From assembly GCA_902526865.1 (NCBI GenBank), contig CABZMK010000004.1, forward strand, positions 7,371 to 71,370: a DNA stretch of 64,000 bases. Reading direction: 5' to 3'. The stretch comes from an uncultured Alphaproteobacteria bacterium (GTDB lineage Bacteria; Pseudomonadota; Alphaproteobacteria; Methylaequorales; Methylaequoraceae). The notes beneath the pieces were generated by a model. It saw nothing but the letters and a program-made list of their open reading frames with translations, did not search any database and was not told the DNA's origin. The translations under genes were made by a program, and so were the position numbers. Shown one piece after another: positions 19,467 to 30,369 of the stretch; positions within the stretch are counted from its first letter, which is position 1; each line of letters starts with the position of its first letter.

Positions 19467-20551
19467 TAAAAAAATATTCTAAGTTAATTTTAATTAATCT
19501 ATTAATATTTTTATCCTTTTTTATAATAGGTCTTACAGTTTTAGAATTTGTTAGTTCAATAAATAAATCTAAAATGCAAAATCCAGGACTTGTTTTTGAT
19601 GACTTTTTAGGGTGGGAAACAAATTCACCAATACTTCCAATAAATGTAAGTGAAGAAAAAGCTAAGAAAATTGCTTTTATTGGAGATTCTTTTACTCATG
19701 GGAAACCTTGGACAAGTCTTACGGTAAAATCTCTTAATAATAACTTGAAAACCGAAGGTTATTCTTTAGGTGTAAGCGGTTACAGCACCCTGCAAAGTTT
19801 TTTAAAATTAAAAAAGTATTTTGAAGAAATTAATCCTGATCTTGTTATTTTATTATTTTATTCTTGGAATGATATGAGAGATAATTACAACATGCCAGGA
19901 ATTAGTTATTCTCCAAATACTGAGCTTAGGCCATACCTAGATGAAACCAACCAAGTTGTAGACAATTTTTTTATACCAAAAAAAAATTGGTTTAGAGATC
20001 TTGAAATTTATAGAAAATATATGGTTTTATTTAAACTTAAAATTACTAAGCTAATTACAAAATTTTTTGGGATAGATCAGATATCAGCAAAAGGTCTTAA
20101 AATAAATTTAAATTATACAAATGAAGAGTCCTGGATTCCTTTTTACCTAGAAGAAAAAGAAAACTCTCATTATGTTAAATCGTCTTGGAAGGCTACAGAA
20201 TCTATAATTAAAGACTTAAATAATTTTGTGAAAGGAAATGGAAAAGAATTAATTATTATTGGAATAGACAATGCGTTTACAGTTGACGATGACGTTAAAG
20301 AGGCTTGGGTTGACGGAATTGAAAACTTTGATATCTATAAAAACATAGTTAAACTAAAAAAAATTTGTAAAAAAAATAAAATTCACTTTATTGATGGTTT
20401 ATCAAAACTAAAAGAAAAAAAAAAAACTATGGATAAAAAAATTTATAATTATCCAGTTGGAAACATATCTGGACATTTAGAAATAGAAGGACATCAAGCA
20501 ATTTCTAGAGCAGTCGTAGAATTTATAAATGAAAAAAAACTTCTTCAATAA
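19442..20551 (+). CDS. SGNH/GDSL-like hydrolase or acyl-transfer accessory protein, membrane-anchored
   Basis: 369-aa ORF. N-terminal TM helix, then an IAFIGDSFTHG block I-like motif. Neighbours an MBOAT gene. Confidence 0.45.
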   Translation: MDSYFAKMIKKYSKLILINLLIFLSFFIIGLTVLEFVSSINKSKMQNPGLVFDDFLGWETNSPILPINVSEEKAKKIAFIGDSFTHGKPWTSLTVKSLNNNLKTEGYSLGVSGYSTLQSFLKLKKYFEEINPDLVILLFYSWNDMRDNYNMPGISYSPNTELRPYLDETNQVVDNFFIPKKNWFRDLEIYRKYMVLFKLKITKLITKFFGIDQISAKGLKINLNYTNEESWIPFYLEEKENSHYVKSSWKATESIIKDLNNFVKGNGKELIIIGIDNAFTVDDDVKEAWVDGIENFDIYKNIVKLKKICKKNKIHFIDGLSKLKEKKKTMDKKIYNYPVGNISGHLEIEGHQAISRAVVEFINEKKLLQ

Positions 20552-20553
20552 GC

Positions 20554-21678
20554 TTATTGCCAATATTTTTTTAACTCATTTATTAATAATTCATTAAATA
20601 TTTTTGTTGCTTCAAAATCTAAATGAGAAGAATCTGTAAAGTTATTTGCATTATTTGTAAAATCTTTAAAGTTCTTTGTATTCATATTCAAATACGGAAT
20701 ACCTAACTTATCAGATAATTCTATTATTTTAGAATTAAAGTTTGGAACATACTGATTTTCAATTTGCATAAGACTTTTATGTATTGGAAGTCGAATCAAA
20801 ATAATTTTACTTTTTAGAACCTTTAAATCATTTAGTTTTTCCTCAATTTCATGAAAAGTACTCTCATCAAAATTTGATAAATGTTGAGGGTAAAATTTTT
20901 GGTGCTCTTTAAAAATATTTTCAATTTTTAATTTCTCTTTATTATGAATTAATTTCATACCCTGGAAACCATTATCCTTAGAAACTAATTTTCTGGAAAA
21001 TTTAACGCCCCTATTAATAATCCACAAATTATAATTATCAGAAATAAAATCATTATTATTTTTTCCTATTAAAAAGTCTTTGCTTGAATATAATAAAAAT
21101 GCAAACCAATTATGTAATTGTCTTCTAGTTTGTGGCTGACAGCTAAAACACCATGAATATATTAAGTTTTTTCCAAATTTTTTTAATCTTTTTAGCATTT
21201 GCCTATTGTAAAAATTCAATTTATCAAAAAAAGTTTGTTCTTTTGATATTAGTGAGAAAACATTAATAACGTCTTCTCTATTTTTTAGTTTCATAAAGAC
21301 GAAGGGTTCAACAGCTATAAGAAAGCTTTTTTCTTTATCTATCTCTGCTTTTTTTAATTTAGCTAATATCGGAACTAATTGGTTTTCATATAAGGTACAA
21401 GAATGACATGCAAAATTGTAAGCTTTTGAAAAATCCGTGAAATTTTCTGAAATTAAACTTGGTCTAATTGATTCAGCGGCTCTAGATGAACCAAGAATAA
21501 TTAAGTCTGTTTCAGAAATTATAAATTCTTTTTGGGAAGGGTCATTAGCAATAATCATATTATTACCTGGATTTTCCATTATTTTGTTTTCAAAAAAAAT
21601 AAAGATAGATAGAAAAGAAAAGAAAAAAAATAATGAATGGAATAAACTTTTTTTAGAACTGAAAATAAATAAAAGCAT
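20554..21678 (-). CDS. Hypothetical membrane-anchored protein (DUF1574/DltD-like accessory candidate)
   Basis: 374-aa ORF that overlaps the stop of the MBOAT gene upstream of it. N-terminal TM helix. ILGSSRAAESI and a C-terminal SSHLDFE motif resemble SGNH-like accessory proteins. Confidence 0.35.
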   Translation of the reverse strand: MLLFIFSSKKSLFHSLFFFFSFLSIFIFFENKIMENPGNNMIIANDPSQKEFIISETDLIILGSSRAAESIRPSLISENFTDFSKAYNFACHSCTLYENQLVPILAKLKKAEIDKEKSFLIAVEPFVFMKLKNREDVINVFSLISKEQTFFDKLNFYNRQMLKRLKKFGKNLIYSWCFSCQPQTRRQLHNWFAFLLYSSKDFLIGKNNNDFISDNYNLWIINRGVKFSRKLVSKDNGFQGMKLIHNKEKLKIENIFKEHQKFYPQHLSNFDESTFHEIEEKLNDLKVLKSKIILIRLPIHKSLMQIENQYVPNFNSKIIELSDKLGIPYLNMNTKNFKDFTNNANNFTDSSHLDFEATKIFNELLINELKKYWQ

Positions 21679-23056
21679 TATTACTATTCCAAGAAGTTAA
21701 TATAAAAAAAAGCATTATCGCCGAAGCTAAACTGTAAATAAAGCCTGACAACTTTTTAAGTTTAAAAAAATATTTGTTTATATGAAACAATAAATTAAAT
21801 AATGCAAAAAAAAAGATATAAGCTAATAATGATTTATTTGTAATAAAATTAATATTCCATTCAGCAAAATGAACATATGAAGCAACAAAAGTTTTAGCTT
21901 GTAAGTAATTCTGTGATCTAAAAAAAATCCACGCAAACGAAACAATGTAAAATGTTAGGAGGACTTTTAAGGTATCAAATATAAAATTTGAGTGTATTTT
22001 TATTTTGTAAAACTTGATAACTTTTATAAAAATCTTTTCTGCAACTAGAATAAATCCATGAATAGCTCCCCAGAAAATAAACATCCAGCTAGCACCATGC
22101 CATAACCCAAATAAGCTCATTACGAACACTAAATTTATGTAATGTCTAATTTCTCCCTTTCTATTACCACCCAGGGGAATGTAAACATAATCTCTAATCC
22201 ATGTTGAAAGGGAAATATGCCACCTTTTCCAAAATTCTGTTAGACTTTTGGCCAAATAAGGAAAATTGAAATTTTTTCTAATTCTAAAACCCATCCAAAG
22301 CGCCAAACCAATTGCAATATCAGAATAACCAGAAAAATCACAGTAAATCTGAATTGAAAAACCTAATATTGCTAATACATGATCAATACTAGAGAATATT
22401 TCTGGGTTCTTAAAAATATTATTAATCATTGGGGCAATAGAATCTGCTATAACAATTTTTTTAAATAATCCTGAAATAATTAGAAAAGCTCCAAGGTTTA
22501 ATCTTTTTAATGTTAAAAAAGTTCTTTTAAATAATTGAGGTAAAAAGTCTTTAGCTCTAATTATTGGACCTGCAACGAGTTGTGGGAAAAAAGACACAAA
22601 TAAAGCAAAATCAAGAAAATTTGTTGGTTGAGTCTTTCCTCTATAAACATCAATAGTGTAACTTAGTGTTTGAAAAGTATAAAATGATATACCAACAGGT
22701 AAAATAAAATCTGGTAATATAAAATTATGTGTGAGGTTAAAAATTGATAGTATATTATTTAAATTTTCTAAAAAAAACTTTCCGTATTTAAAAAAAAATA
22801 ATACTCCTAAATTAGCAATTAAGCTTAAAATTAACCATTGAGTTTTATTGTTATTTGAATAGAAAATTTTTTTAGCACAAAAATAATCAACTACAGTAGA
22901 AAAAATTAGTAAAATTAAATAGCTTGGATTAAAACTTGAATAAAAAAAATAACTTAATAAACAAATAAAAATTTTGTTTTGCTTCCAAGGTAGTATAAGA
23001 AAGAAAATAAAAAAAAAAATAATAAATGGAAGAAATTCTATACTATTAAAAATCAT
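21653..23056 (-). CDS. MBOAT-family membrane O-acyltransferase (AlgI/DltB-like)
   Basis: 467-aa ORF, polytopic. FWKRWHISLSTWIRDYVYIPLGGNR and LWHGASW contain the conserved MBOAT histidine. Confidence 0.85.
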   Translation of the reverse strand: MIFNSIEFLPFIIFFFIFFLILPWKQNKIFICLLSYFFYSSFNPSYLILLIFSTVVDYFCAKKIFYSNNNKTQWLILSLIANLGVLFFFKYGKFFLENLNNILSIFNLTHNFILPDFILPVGISFYTFQTLSYTIDVYRGKTQPTNFLDFALFVSFFPQLVAGPIIRAKDFLPQLFKRTFLTLKRLNLGAFLIISGLFKKIVIADSIAPMINNIFKNPEIFSSIDHVLAILGFSIQIYCDFSGYSDIAIGLALWMGFRIRKNFNFPYLAKSLTEFWKRWHISLSTWIRDYVYIPLGGNRKGEIRHYINLVFVMSLFGLWHGASWMFIFWGAIHGFILVAEKIFIKVIKFYKIKIHSNFIFDTLKVLLTFYIVSFAWIFFRSQNYLQAKTFVASYVHFAEWNINFITNKSLLAYIFFFALFNLLFHINKYFFKLKKLSGFIYSLASAIMLFFILTSWNSNNAFIYFQF

Positions 23057-23110
23057 TTTCTAAAGTTTTTATATGAATATTATTTTCGGTAGGCTAGTTT
23101 AATATATACA

Positions 23111-23725
23111 ATGGAACTAGTTGAAAAAATATTTAATTTTTATTTATCTTTTGAAGATTTTATAAATACTAACTTTTATCTGTTTACAATAATTTTCATA
23201 ATAATCTCAATTCTCTGGATATCTTTAGTTGGAATTGTCACTCCAGTTCTATTAATTTCAGCAATAGCTTTTGGTTACTTTGGAATTCCGATATCACTAT
23301 TATCACTTGTTTTGGGCTCGATAATTAACTTTTTCATGGCAACAAAAACAAAAAAGATAATAAATAAACTAAAGAATAGAAAACCAATTTTTTCTAATAA
23401 TCCTTTTTTAATTTACATAATTTTTCGATTAATACCTGGTATTCCATATTTGGCAAAAAACTTTTCGGTTATTTTTTTTAAACTTAATCTGAGAAATTTC
23501 TTTATCGCGGTTCTTATTTCAGATACACCCCAAATACTAATTTTTACTTTTTTTTTCAAAAGACTTGTAGACTCATCTAACAATTTTTTTATAAATCAGG
23601 ATTATGAGTTTATTCTTAAACAGATGTATCTACCAATCCTCTGTCTAATTATATTTATGTGTTTTATTTTTTTCCTAAAAAAAAAGGCCGACTTAAATTT
23701 TATAAAAAAAAATAATTCAAAATAA
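23111..23725 (+). CDS. TVP38/TMEM64 (DedA-related) family membrane protein
   Basis: 204-aa ORF with 4-5 TM helices and an RLIPGIPYLAKNF motif. Confidence 0.4.
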   Translation: MELVEKIFNFYLSFEDFINTNFYLFTIIFIIISILWISLVGIVTPVLLISAIAFGYFGIPISLLSLVLGSIINFFMATKTKKIINKLKNRKPIFSNNPFLIYIIFRLIPGIPYLAKNFSVIFFKLNLRNFFIAVLISDTPQILIFTFFFKRLVDSSNNFFINQDYEFILKQMYLPILCLIIFMCFIFFLKKKADLNFIKKNNSK

Positions 23726-23772
23726 AATATTAATTAATTTCTTTTTTTTAATTTATATTTATCTTGTTAGTT

Positions 23773-25677
23773 ATGTGCGGAATTGCCGGAAGTTTAAGAT
23801 GGGAAAAGTCTAATAGTAATGAATTTAATAATTTAAAAAAAATTATTTCATTTTTAAATCATCGAGGCCCTAATTTTTCCGAAGTAAAAAAAATAGATAA
23901 TGTAGTTTTTGGACATACAAGATTGGCAATTATAGATCTAGATAAAAGTGCTAATCAACCAATGTCAGATGTTAGTGGAAGATATTTCATTGTTTATAAT
24001 GGTGAAATTTATAATTTTAAAGAAATAAAAAAGAAACTTTTAAGTCATGGAGTGGTTTTTAAAACTAATTCAGACACGGAAGTTATTTTAGAATCATACA
24101 AAATATGGGATAAAAAATGTCTTGATTTTTTTGAAGGAATGTTTGCTTTTGCTATTTGGGACAAAAAATTAAAAAAACTATTTTTAGCAAGGGACAGATT
24201 AGGTGAAAAACCTCTGTTTTACTACCCATATAACGGAAAGAATTTCAATGAAGGTATAATTTTCTCTTCAGAGTTAAGAGCTCTATTAAAACATCCTAAT
24301 GTACAATTCAAAATTTCTGATCAAGGAATTTGGGAATACCTATCATTAAATTATATTCTTGGTAATTCCTGCATAATAAAAGGAGTAAAAAAATTGGAGC
24401 CAGCTCATTTTATGATCATTGAAAAAAATAAATTCTCTTTAAAAAAATATTGGCATCTTAAAAAATATTTTATAAACAAAAAAAATTATACTTCAAAAAG
24501 CGAAGCTTTGGATGAATTTAAGAGTTTATTAGATAATACTGTAAAAAAACAACAAATTTCAGATGTTAAATTAGGTGCTTTTTTGAGTGGTGGTATTGAT
24601 TCTTCAACAATTTTAGCTTCAATGTGTAATACCCAACAAAAAAAAAAGGTAAGCGCGTTTTGTATAGGATTCCATGAAGAGGACTATAGTGAAATTGAGC
24701 AAAGTAAATACTTGTCAAAATTTTTTAATATTAAAAACTTTTCTTTAAATATTGGTTCAGAAATTCAAAAAGATTTTTTAAAAATCTTGGATTATACAAA
24801 TGATGAACCTATAGGAGATACATCAATTTTACCAATGTACTATCTTACCAAATTTACAAAAAATCATGTAACAGTTTCCCTTTCAGGAGATGGTGCCGAT
24901 GAACTATTTATTGGGTATGAGACGTATTTAGCAAACAAACTTAAACAAGTTACTTCCTTTTTACCTAATTTTTTTTTAGAAAATCTGTCATCAACTGTTA
25001 ATCGTTTTTTTCCAGTTAGTCATAAAAAAATTAGCTTTGATTATAAGTTAAAACAGTTTCTAAGTGGTTGTTCATTAAGTAATTTTGAAGCTCATTTTTG
25101 GTGGAGAAATATCTTTTCGGATAATTTAAAAAAAGAGATGTTTAAAAAATATAATGATAAACTTATCTCACCGTTTTCTAGATATAAGAAATTTTTTGAT
25201 GATGTAGGTGAATGTGATTTTATTGACCAAGCTTCATATGTTGATATAAATACATGGTTAGTCGATAATGTGTTGGTAAAATTGGATAGAACAAGTATGA
25301 CAAACTCACTTGAATGTAGATCTCCATTTCTCAGTCATAAGATCGTAGAATTTGCTGCTTCTTTAAAACCAGGTTGGAAGATGAATGGTTTTAAAAAAAA
25401 AGATTTCTTAAAAAAATCACAATCCAATATTCTTCCTAAAAAAATTCTTTTTGCCAAAAAAAAGGGGTTTAATTCTCCAATATCTATTTGGTTTAATAAT
25501 TCATTAAACAAAATTGCAAAAGAAGTAACACTTGATTCGGAGATTACTGATTTTATAAAAAAAAATTCTATTGAAAAATTATGGAAAGAACATGAAAGTA
25601 ATAAGATTGACCACAGCTTCAGGTTATTTGGATTAACCTGTTTATCAAGATGGATATCAACCCAAAAAAGGAATTAA
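23773..25677 (+). CDS. Glutamine-hydrolysing asparagine synthase family amidotransferase (AsnB/WbpS-like)
   Basis: ORF 23764-25677. The likely start is the ATG at 23773, giving MCGIAGS with the catalytic Cys2. FLSGGIDSS PP-loop. Sits in a glycan gene context. Confidence 0.9.
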   Translation: MCGIAGSLRWEKSNSNEFNNLKKIISFLNHRGPNFSEVKKIDNVVFGHTRLAIIDLDKSANQPMSDVSGRYFIVYNGEIYNFKEIKKKLLSHGVVFKTNSDTEVILESYKIWDKKCLDFFEGMFAFAIWDKKLKKLFLARDRLGEKPLFYYPYNGKNFNEGIIFSSELRALLKHPNVQFKISDQGIWEYLSLNYILGNSCIIKGVKKLEPAHFMIIEKNKFSLKKYWHLKKYFINKKNYTSKSEALDEFKSLLDNTVKKQQISDVKLGAFLSGGIDSSTILASMCNTQQKKKVSAFCIGFHEEDYSEIEQSKYLSKFFNIKNFSLNIGSEIQKDFLKILDYTNDEPIGDTSILPMYYLTKFTKNHVTVSLSGDGADELFIGYETYLANKLKQVTSFLPNFFLENLSSTVNRFFPVSHKKISFDYKLKQFLSGCSLSNFEAHFWWRNIFSDNLKKEMFKKYNDKLISPFSRYKKFFDDVGECDFIDQASYVDINTWLVDNVLVKLDRTSMTNSLECRSPFLSHKIVEFAASLKPGWKMNGFKKKDFLKKSQSNILPKKILFAKKKGFNSPISIWFNNSLNKIAKEVTLDSEITDFIKKNSIEKLWKEHESNKIDHSFRLFGLTCLSRWISTQKRN

Positions 25678-25679
25678 TT

Positions 25680-26534
25680 ATGGTTAGTTTACTAATACCT
25701 GCCTACAACGAGGAGCAATCAATAGTAAATACGATTGAAAATGCTAAATTATTATTTAAAAATTTAAAAATTAAAGATTTTGAAATAATTGTAATTAACG
25801 ACGGATCAACTGACAAAACCAAAGAATACGCAATTAAAACAGGAGCTAAAATAATTACGCATCCGCAAAATTTAGGTTATGGATTTTCACTAAAAAATGG
25901 TATTAAAAATGCGAAATTTCAAACAATTATAATAACTGATGCTGATCAAACATACCCTTTAGATGAAGTTCCTAAATTATATGCCGAATATAAAAAGGGG
26001 TTTGACATGGTTGTTGGAAAAAGAATTGGATACAAGGAGTCTATTTTCAAAATTATACTGAGAAGAATTCTTAAATTTGTTGTGGAATTTGCCGCTGGAA
26101 GAAGAATTCCAGATATTAATTCAGGATTAAGAATATTTAAAAAAGATACTATTAAAGAATATTTACCTCACTTATGTGAAACTTTTAGTTTCACAACTTC
26201 AGCTACCTTGGCTTATATGATGAATGGCAAATTTGTATCTTATGTTCCAATAAATTATGGAAAAAGAAAAGGAAAATCAAAAGTTAATCTTATAAGAGAT
26301 TCCTTTAAAACGATATTTTACATAATGCAAACAGTGACGTACTACAATCCATTAAAAATTTTTATGCTTTTTTCACTCGTTTGTGTTCTTTTCTCTTTAG
26401 TTGGATTTCTAGGATCAATTTTCTTTAACTTAAATAGTGGATTTTTATTGGGAATTGGAGGATTGCTTGTCGCATTAATTACTATTTCAATCGGATTACT
26501 TGCAGATCTGTTGAAACAAATATTGAGTAAATAA
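25680..26534 (+). CDS. Family 2 glycosyltransferase, GtrB/ArnC-like polyprenyl-phosphate glycosyltransferase
   Basis: ORF 25650-26534. The likely start is at 25680 (MVSLLIPAYNEE). INDGSTD and TDADQTY (DxD) motifs, with two C-terminal TM helices as in GtrB-type enzymes. Confidence 0.8.
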   Translation: MVSLLIPAYNEEQSIVNTIENAKLLFKNLKIKDFEIIVINDGSTDKTKEYAIKTGAKIITHPQNLGYGFSLKNGIKNAKFQTIIITDADQTYPLDEVPKLYAEYKKGFDMVVGKRIGYKESIFKIILRRILKFVVEFAAGRRIPDINSGLRIFKKDTIKEYLPHLCETFSFTTSATLAYMMNGKFVSYVPINYGKRKGKSKVNLIRDSFKTIFYIMQTVTYYNPLKIFMLFSLVCVLFSLVGFLGSIFFNLNSGFLLGIGGLLVALITISIGLLADLLKQILSK

Positions 26535-26601
26535 AAATTTTGCTAAGATTTAAGAAATGTTTAAAATTCAGAAAGTTGTTGACGTAATTTCTCATTTATC
26601 A

Positions 26602-26688
26602 GCCCCTATGATGGAATTGGTAGAGGAAAAGGACTCAAAATAAGTTGAACTTGTGATCTTGTATGTTCGAGTCTGACTAACAGGACCA
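26602..26688 (+). pseudogene. Decayed full-length copy of tRNA-Leu(CAA)
   Basis: 87 nt, collinear with the intact tRNA at 30370-30456. 67/87 identical by hand count and ungapped. The CAA triplet and the TTCGAGT T-loop are kept, but the acceptor, anticodon and T stems no longer pair. The 5' flank is also similar (gtaatttctcatttatca vs gtaatacttatcttttca). Confidence 0.7.
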
Positions 26689-26784
26689 TTTAAAAAAAAG
26701 AAAAATTTGATATGATAAATCTTTGCTTAGTTTAATAATTAATTTTAAAAATTAGTTTTTAGAGAAAATTTTAGAAAATATCAG

Positions 26785-28194
26785 ATGAAAAAAATTTATC
26801 CAATAATTCTTTCAGGTGGTTCAGGAAAAAGATTATGGCCTTCTTCAAGAAAGATGTTTCCAAAACAATTCCTTCCATTTGATAACAATCATTCATTATT
26901 TACTAAAACTTTAAAGAGGTTTAACGGAAGAAATTTTCACAAAGCTACAATTATATCAAATTATATTCACAGATTTTTAGTAAAAGATTCCTTAGAAAAG
27001 TCAAAAATACAAACTGGTTCAATACTTTTAGAACCGATGATGAAGAATACATCAGCTGCTGTAACATTAAGTACACTATTTATTTTAAAAAAAGATCCAA
27101 ATGCTGTTATTTTAATTTCACCTTCTGACCATCTAGTTGAAGAAAAGAAATTTAAATCCTTTTTTTTAAAAAATTTTGAAAAGTTTGACAAAAAGTTTTT
27201 GTATATATTTGGTATTAAGCCAACAGAACCAAATCCATCATATGGATATATCCTCAAAGGAAACAAAATTAAAAGTAACTTTTTTTACGTGAAAAAGTTT
27301 TTTGAAAAACCAAAAATCACGGAAGCAAAACGATTTTTAAAAACTGAGTCTTTCTATTGGAACTCAGGAATTTTCTTATTCTCAGCAACTACCTTCGTTA
27401 ATGAGATGAAAATCCATTCACCTAAGATATTAAAGACTTGTGAACAACTAATTGATGAAGCAAAGAAACAATACGAATTTATAACTTTTCCTGAGAAAAA
27501 ATTTACAACATTAGAAAAAAAACCAATTGATAAAGATTTATTCGAAAAAACAAAAAAAGCAGTCGTGGTCCCTTTTAGCTTTAATTGGAGTGATGTAGGT
27601 TCATGGGAAAGTATTTGGAAAATAAAAAAAAAAAAGAATCAAAATGTAATAGATGGAAATATTATAACAGAAAATGTAAAAAGGTCCTTTATCAAAACAC
27701 ATGATAAATCAATTGCAGTTGTAGTTGGAGTAAACGATTTAGTAATAATTAAAGACAAAGATGCTCTTTTAGTTACAAAAAAAAATTATGACAAAAATAT
27801 TAAAGATATCCTATCTCAGATTAATAAGAGTGATAAAGAGAAGTTTGAGTTTGGAACTATAGTTCATAGGCCTTGGGGAAGTTTTGAAAATATCAGATCT
27901 GGTGATGGTTTTTTAGTAAAAATTCTAAAAATAAATCCGAAAAGTAAAATTTCCTTACAATATCATAAAAAACGATCGGAACATTGGGTAGTAACAAAAG
28001 GTACAGCAACAATAACACTAAATGAAAAAAAAATTAAATTAAAAGAGAAAGAATCAATTTTTGTTAAGTTAGGGCAAAAACACAGAATAGAAAATAAAAC
28101 TAAGGACCTTCTTGAAATTGTTGAAGTTCAAATAGGAAAAGTGTTAGATGAAAGTGATATAGTCAGAATTGACGATATTTATGGAAGAAAATAA
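26785..28194 (+). CDS. manC: Mannose-1-phosphate guanylyltransferase / mannose-6-phosphate isomerase
   Basis: 469-aa ORF. ILSGGSGKRLWPSSRK at the N-terminus and a C-terminal cupin (HRPWGSFE..., QYHKKRSEHWVV). Confidence 0.9.
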   Translation: MKKIYPIILSGGSGKRLWPSSRKMFPKQFLPFDNNHSLFTKTLKRFNGRNFHKATIISNYIHRFLVKDSLEKSKIQTGSILLEPMMKNTSAAVTLSTLFILKKDPNAVILISPSDHLVEEKKFKSFFLKNFEKFDKKFLYIFGIKPTEPNPSYGYILKGNKIKSNFFYVKKFFEKPKITEAKRFLKTESFYWNSGIFLFSATTFVNEMKIHSPKILKTCEQLIDEAKKQYEFITFPEKKFTTLEKKPIDKDLFEKTKKAVVVPFSFNWSDVGSWESIWKIKKKKNQNVIDGNIITENVKRSFIKTHDKSIAVVVGVNDLVIIKDKDALLVTKKNYDKNIKDILSQINKSDKEKFEFGTIVHRPWGSFENIRSGDGFLVKILKINPKSKISLQYHKKRSEHWVVTKGTATITLNEKKIKLKEKESIFVKLGQKHRIENKTKDLLEIVEVQIGKVLDESDIVRIDDIYGRK

Positions 28195-29140
28195 AAAATT
28201 TTTTATAGAAAATAAAAAAGTCTGGGTAGCTGGAAGCAATGGTATGGTTGGAAAATCAATTATCAAATTACTCAAGCGAAAGAAATGTAAATTAATTTTC
28301 TCTGATAGAAAGGATTTAGATTTAACTGATCAGCGAAAAGTTAAGTATTGGATGTCTAAAAATAAACCTGATGTAATTTTTTTAGCTGCAGCAAAGGTTG
28401 GGGGTATTCTTGCCAATAAAAGCTTTCCAGTTAATTTCTTAGAAGAAAATTTATTTATTAATCTTAATATCATAAAGAACGCATTTATAAACGGAACCGA
28501 AAAACTTATATACCTCGGATCCTCTTGTATCTATCCTAAAAATATTGTGCACTCGATTAGAGAAGAAAAAATTTTAAGTGGTCCTCTAGAAGAAACTAAC
28601 CAATGGTATTCTCTTGCAAAGATTTCTGGAATAAAATTATGTCAAGCATACAGAAGACAGTTCGATTGTGACTTTATAAGTGTTATGCCTTGCAATCTTT
28701 ATGGACCAGGAGATAATTTCAATCCTTTAAATAGTCATGTTCCAGCTGCACTAGTAGACAGATTTCATGAAGCAAAAATTAATAATTTTGAAAAAGTAAA
28801 GGTTTGGGGTTCAGGAAAACCACTAAGAGAATTTTTATATGTCGAGGATCTAGCTAATGCTTGTATTTTTTTAGCTGAAAACTACAGTTCTGAAGAACCA
28901 ATAAACGTTGGAACTGGTAAGGAGATCTCAATCAAAGATTTTGCTCTACTAATAAAAAAAATTGTAGGTTTTAGGGGTAAAATTATTTTTGATAAAACTA
29001 AACCTGACGGTGTGTATAAGAAAGTACTGAATACAGAAAAGGTTAATAATTTAGGTTGGAAACCAGAAACATCTCTGGAATCTGGCTTAAGAAAATATTA
29101 TAAATGGTATTTAGAGAATATTAAGGATATAAGAAGATAA
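28181..29140 (+). CDS. fcl: GDP-L-fucose synthase
   Basis: ORF 28169-29140. The likely ATG is at 28181. [12 protein letters not shown] Rossmann motif, SSCIYPK and YSLAK catalytic motifs. Confidence 0.9.
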   Translation: MEENKKFFIENKKVWVAGSNGMVGKSIIKLLKRKKCKLIFSDRKDLDLTDQRKVKYWMSKNKPDVIFLAAAKVGGILANKSFPVNFLEENLFINLNIIKNAFINGTEKLIYLGSSCIYPKNIVHSIREEKILSGPLEETNQWYSLAKISGIKLCQAYRRQFDCDFISVMPCNLYGPGDNFNPLNSHVPAALVDRFHEAKINNFEKVKVWGSGKPLREFLYVEDLANACIFLAENYSSEEPINVGTGKEISIKDFALLIKKIVGFRGKIIFDKTKPDGVYKKVLNTEKVNNLGWKPETSLESGLRKYYKWYLENIKDIRR

Positions 29141-29144
29141 ATTG

Positions 29145-30182
29145 ATGGGAAAAGTAGCTTTAATTACAGGTGTTACAGGTCAGGATGGTGCTTATCTTGC
29201 CGATTTTTTATTAAAAAAAGGTTATCAGGTTCATGGTGTAAAAAGAAGGTCGTCATCCTTTAATACTGCACGTGTAGATCATATTTATGAAGATCCTTTA
29301 GTGAGGAAAACTAATTTTTTTCTTCACTATGGTGACATGACAGATGCAACAAATCTGATAAGACTAATTCAAAAAATTAAACCTGACGAAATTTACAATC
29401 TAGCTGCACAAAGTCACGTTTTAGTAAGCTTTGAAACACCTGAATATACAGCTAATGCTGATGCACTCGGTACATTGAGAATTTTAGAAGCAATAAGAAT
29501 CTTAGGGCTTGAGAAAAAGGTCAAATTTTATCAAGCGTCAACCTCTGAATTATATGGCAATACAAAAGAAAAGTATCAAAACGAAAAGACACCATTTTCA
29601 CCAAGAAGTCCCTACGCTGTTGCGAAGCTTTATGCTCATTGGATAACTATCAATTATCGTGAGGCTTACAATATATTCGCCTGTAATGGAATATTATTTA
29701 ATCATGAAAGTCCTGTAAGAGGAGAAACATTTGTAACTAAAAAGATTGTTAAAGGAGCTGTTAAAATTTCTAAAGGATTACAAGATTGTTTATACTTAGG
29801 AAATCTCAACGCATCAAGAGATTGGGGGCATGCAAGAGATTATGTTGAAGGAATGTGGATGATACTTCAACAAAAAAAACCGGAAGATTTTGTTTTTGCA
29901 ACTGGAAAAAACTACACAGTAAGATATTTCGTCGAAAAAGCCTTTTCTCAATTAGATATAAAAATTTTATGGAAAGGGAAAAATTTAAAAGAATGCGGAA
30001 TTGATCAAGAGTCTGGGAGGGTCATTGTTAAAATTGATCCTAAATACTTTAGACCAACTGAAGTTGATTTTTTAAAAGGAGATGCATCCAAGGCGAAGCA
30101 AAAATTAGGATGGCGTCCAAAAACATCTTTCAGAAGTCTAGTTAAAGAAATGATCGAATATGAACTTAAATTACTTAAATAA
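29145..30182 (+). CDS. gmd: GDP-mannose 4,6-dehydratase
   Basis: ORF 29142-30182, ATG at 29145. [34 protein letters not shown] and [12 protein letters not shown] motifs. Confidence 0.95.
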   Translation: MGKVALITGVTGQDGAYLADFLLKKGYQVHGVKRRSSSFNTARVDHIYEDPLVRKTNFFLHYGDMTDATNLIRLIQKIKPDEIYNLAAQSHVLVSFETPEYTANADALGTLRILEAIRILGLEKKVKFYQASTSELYGNTKEKYQNEKTPFSPRSPYAVAKLYAHWITINYREAYNIFACNGILFNHESPVRGETFVTKKIVKGAVKISKGLQDCLYLGNLNASRDWGHARDYVEGMWMILQQKKPEDFVFATGKNYTVRYFVEKAFSQLDIKILWKGKNLKECGIDQESGRVIVKIDPKYFRPTEVDFLKGDASKAKQKLGWRPKTSFRSLVKEMIEYELKLLK

Positions 30183-30369
30183 GTTATTACTTTAATAAAT
30201 CTTTATTAACATACTTTATAATAAAGTAGTTGAACAAATGTATTCCAATTTTAGTGATTGTTGTTTTCATAATAAAAAAAATGGTTATAAATTTTTTGAA
30301 AAATAACAAATAATTTCTGAATTAATTTACTATTCATGTGATACTAAATTTGTAATACTTATCTTTTCA

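Noticed and set aside
23773-25677. The AsnB homologue might be the housekeeping asparagine synthetase.
   Set aside because: It overlaps a GtrB-like GT2 and is surrounded by glycan genes, so a WbpS-like glycan amidotransferase role is at least as likely. The family call is kept and the physiological role is left open.
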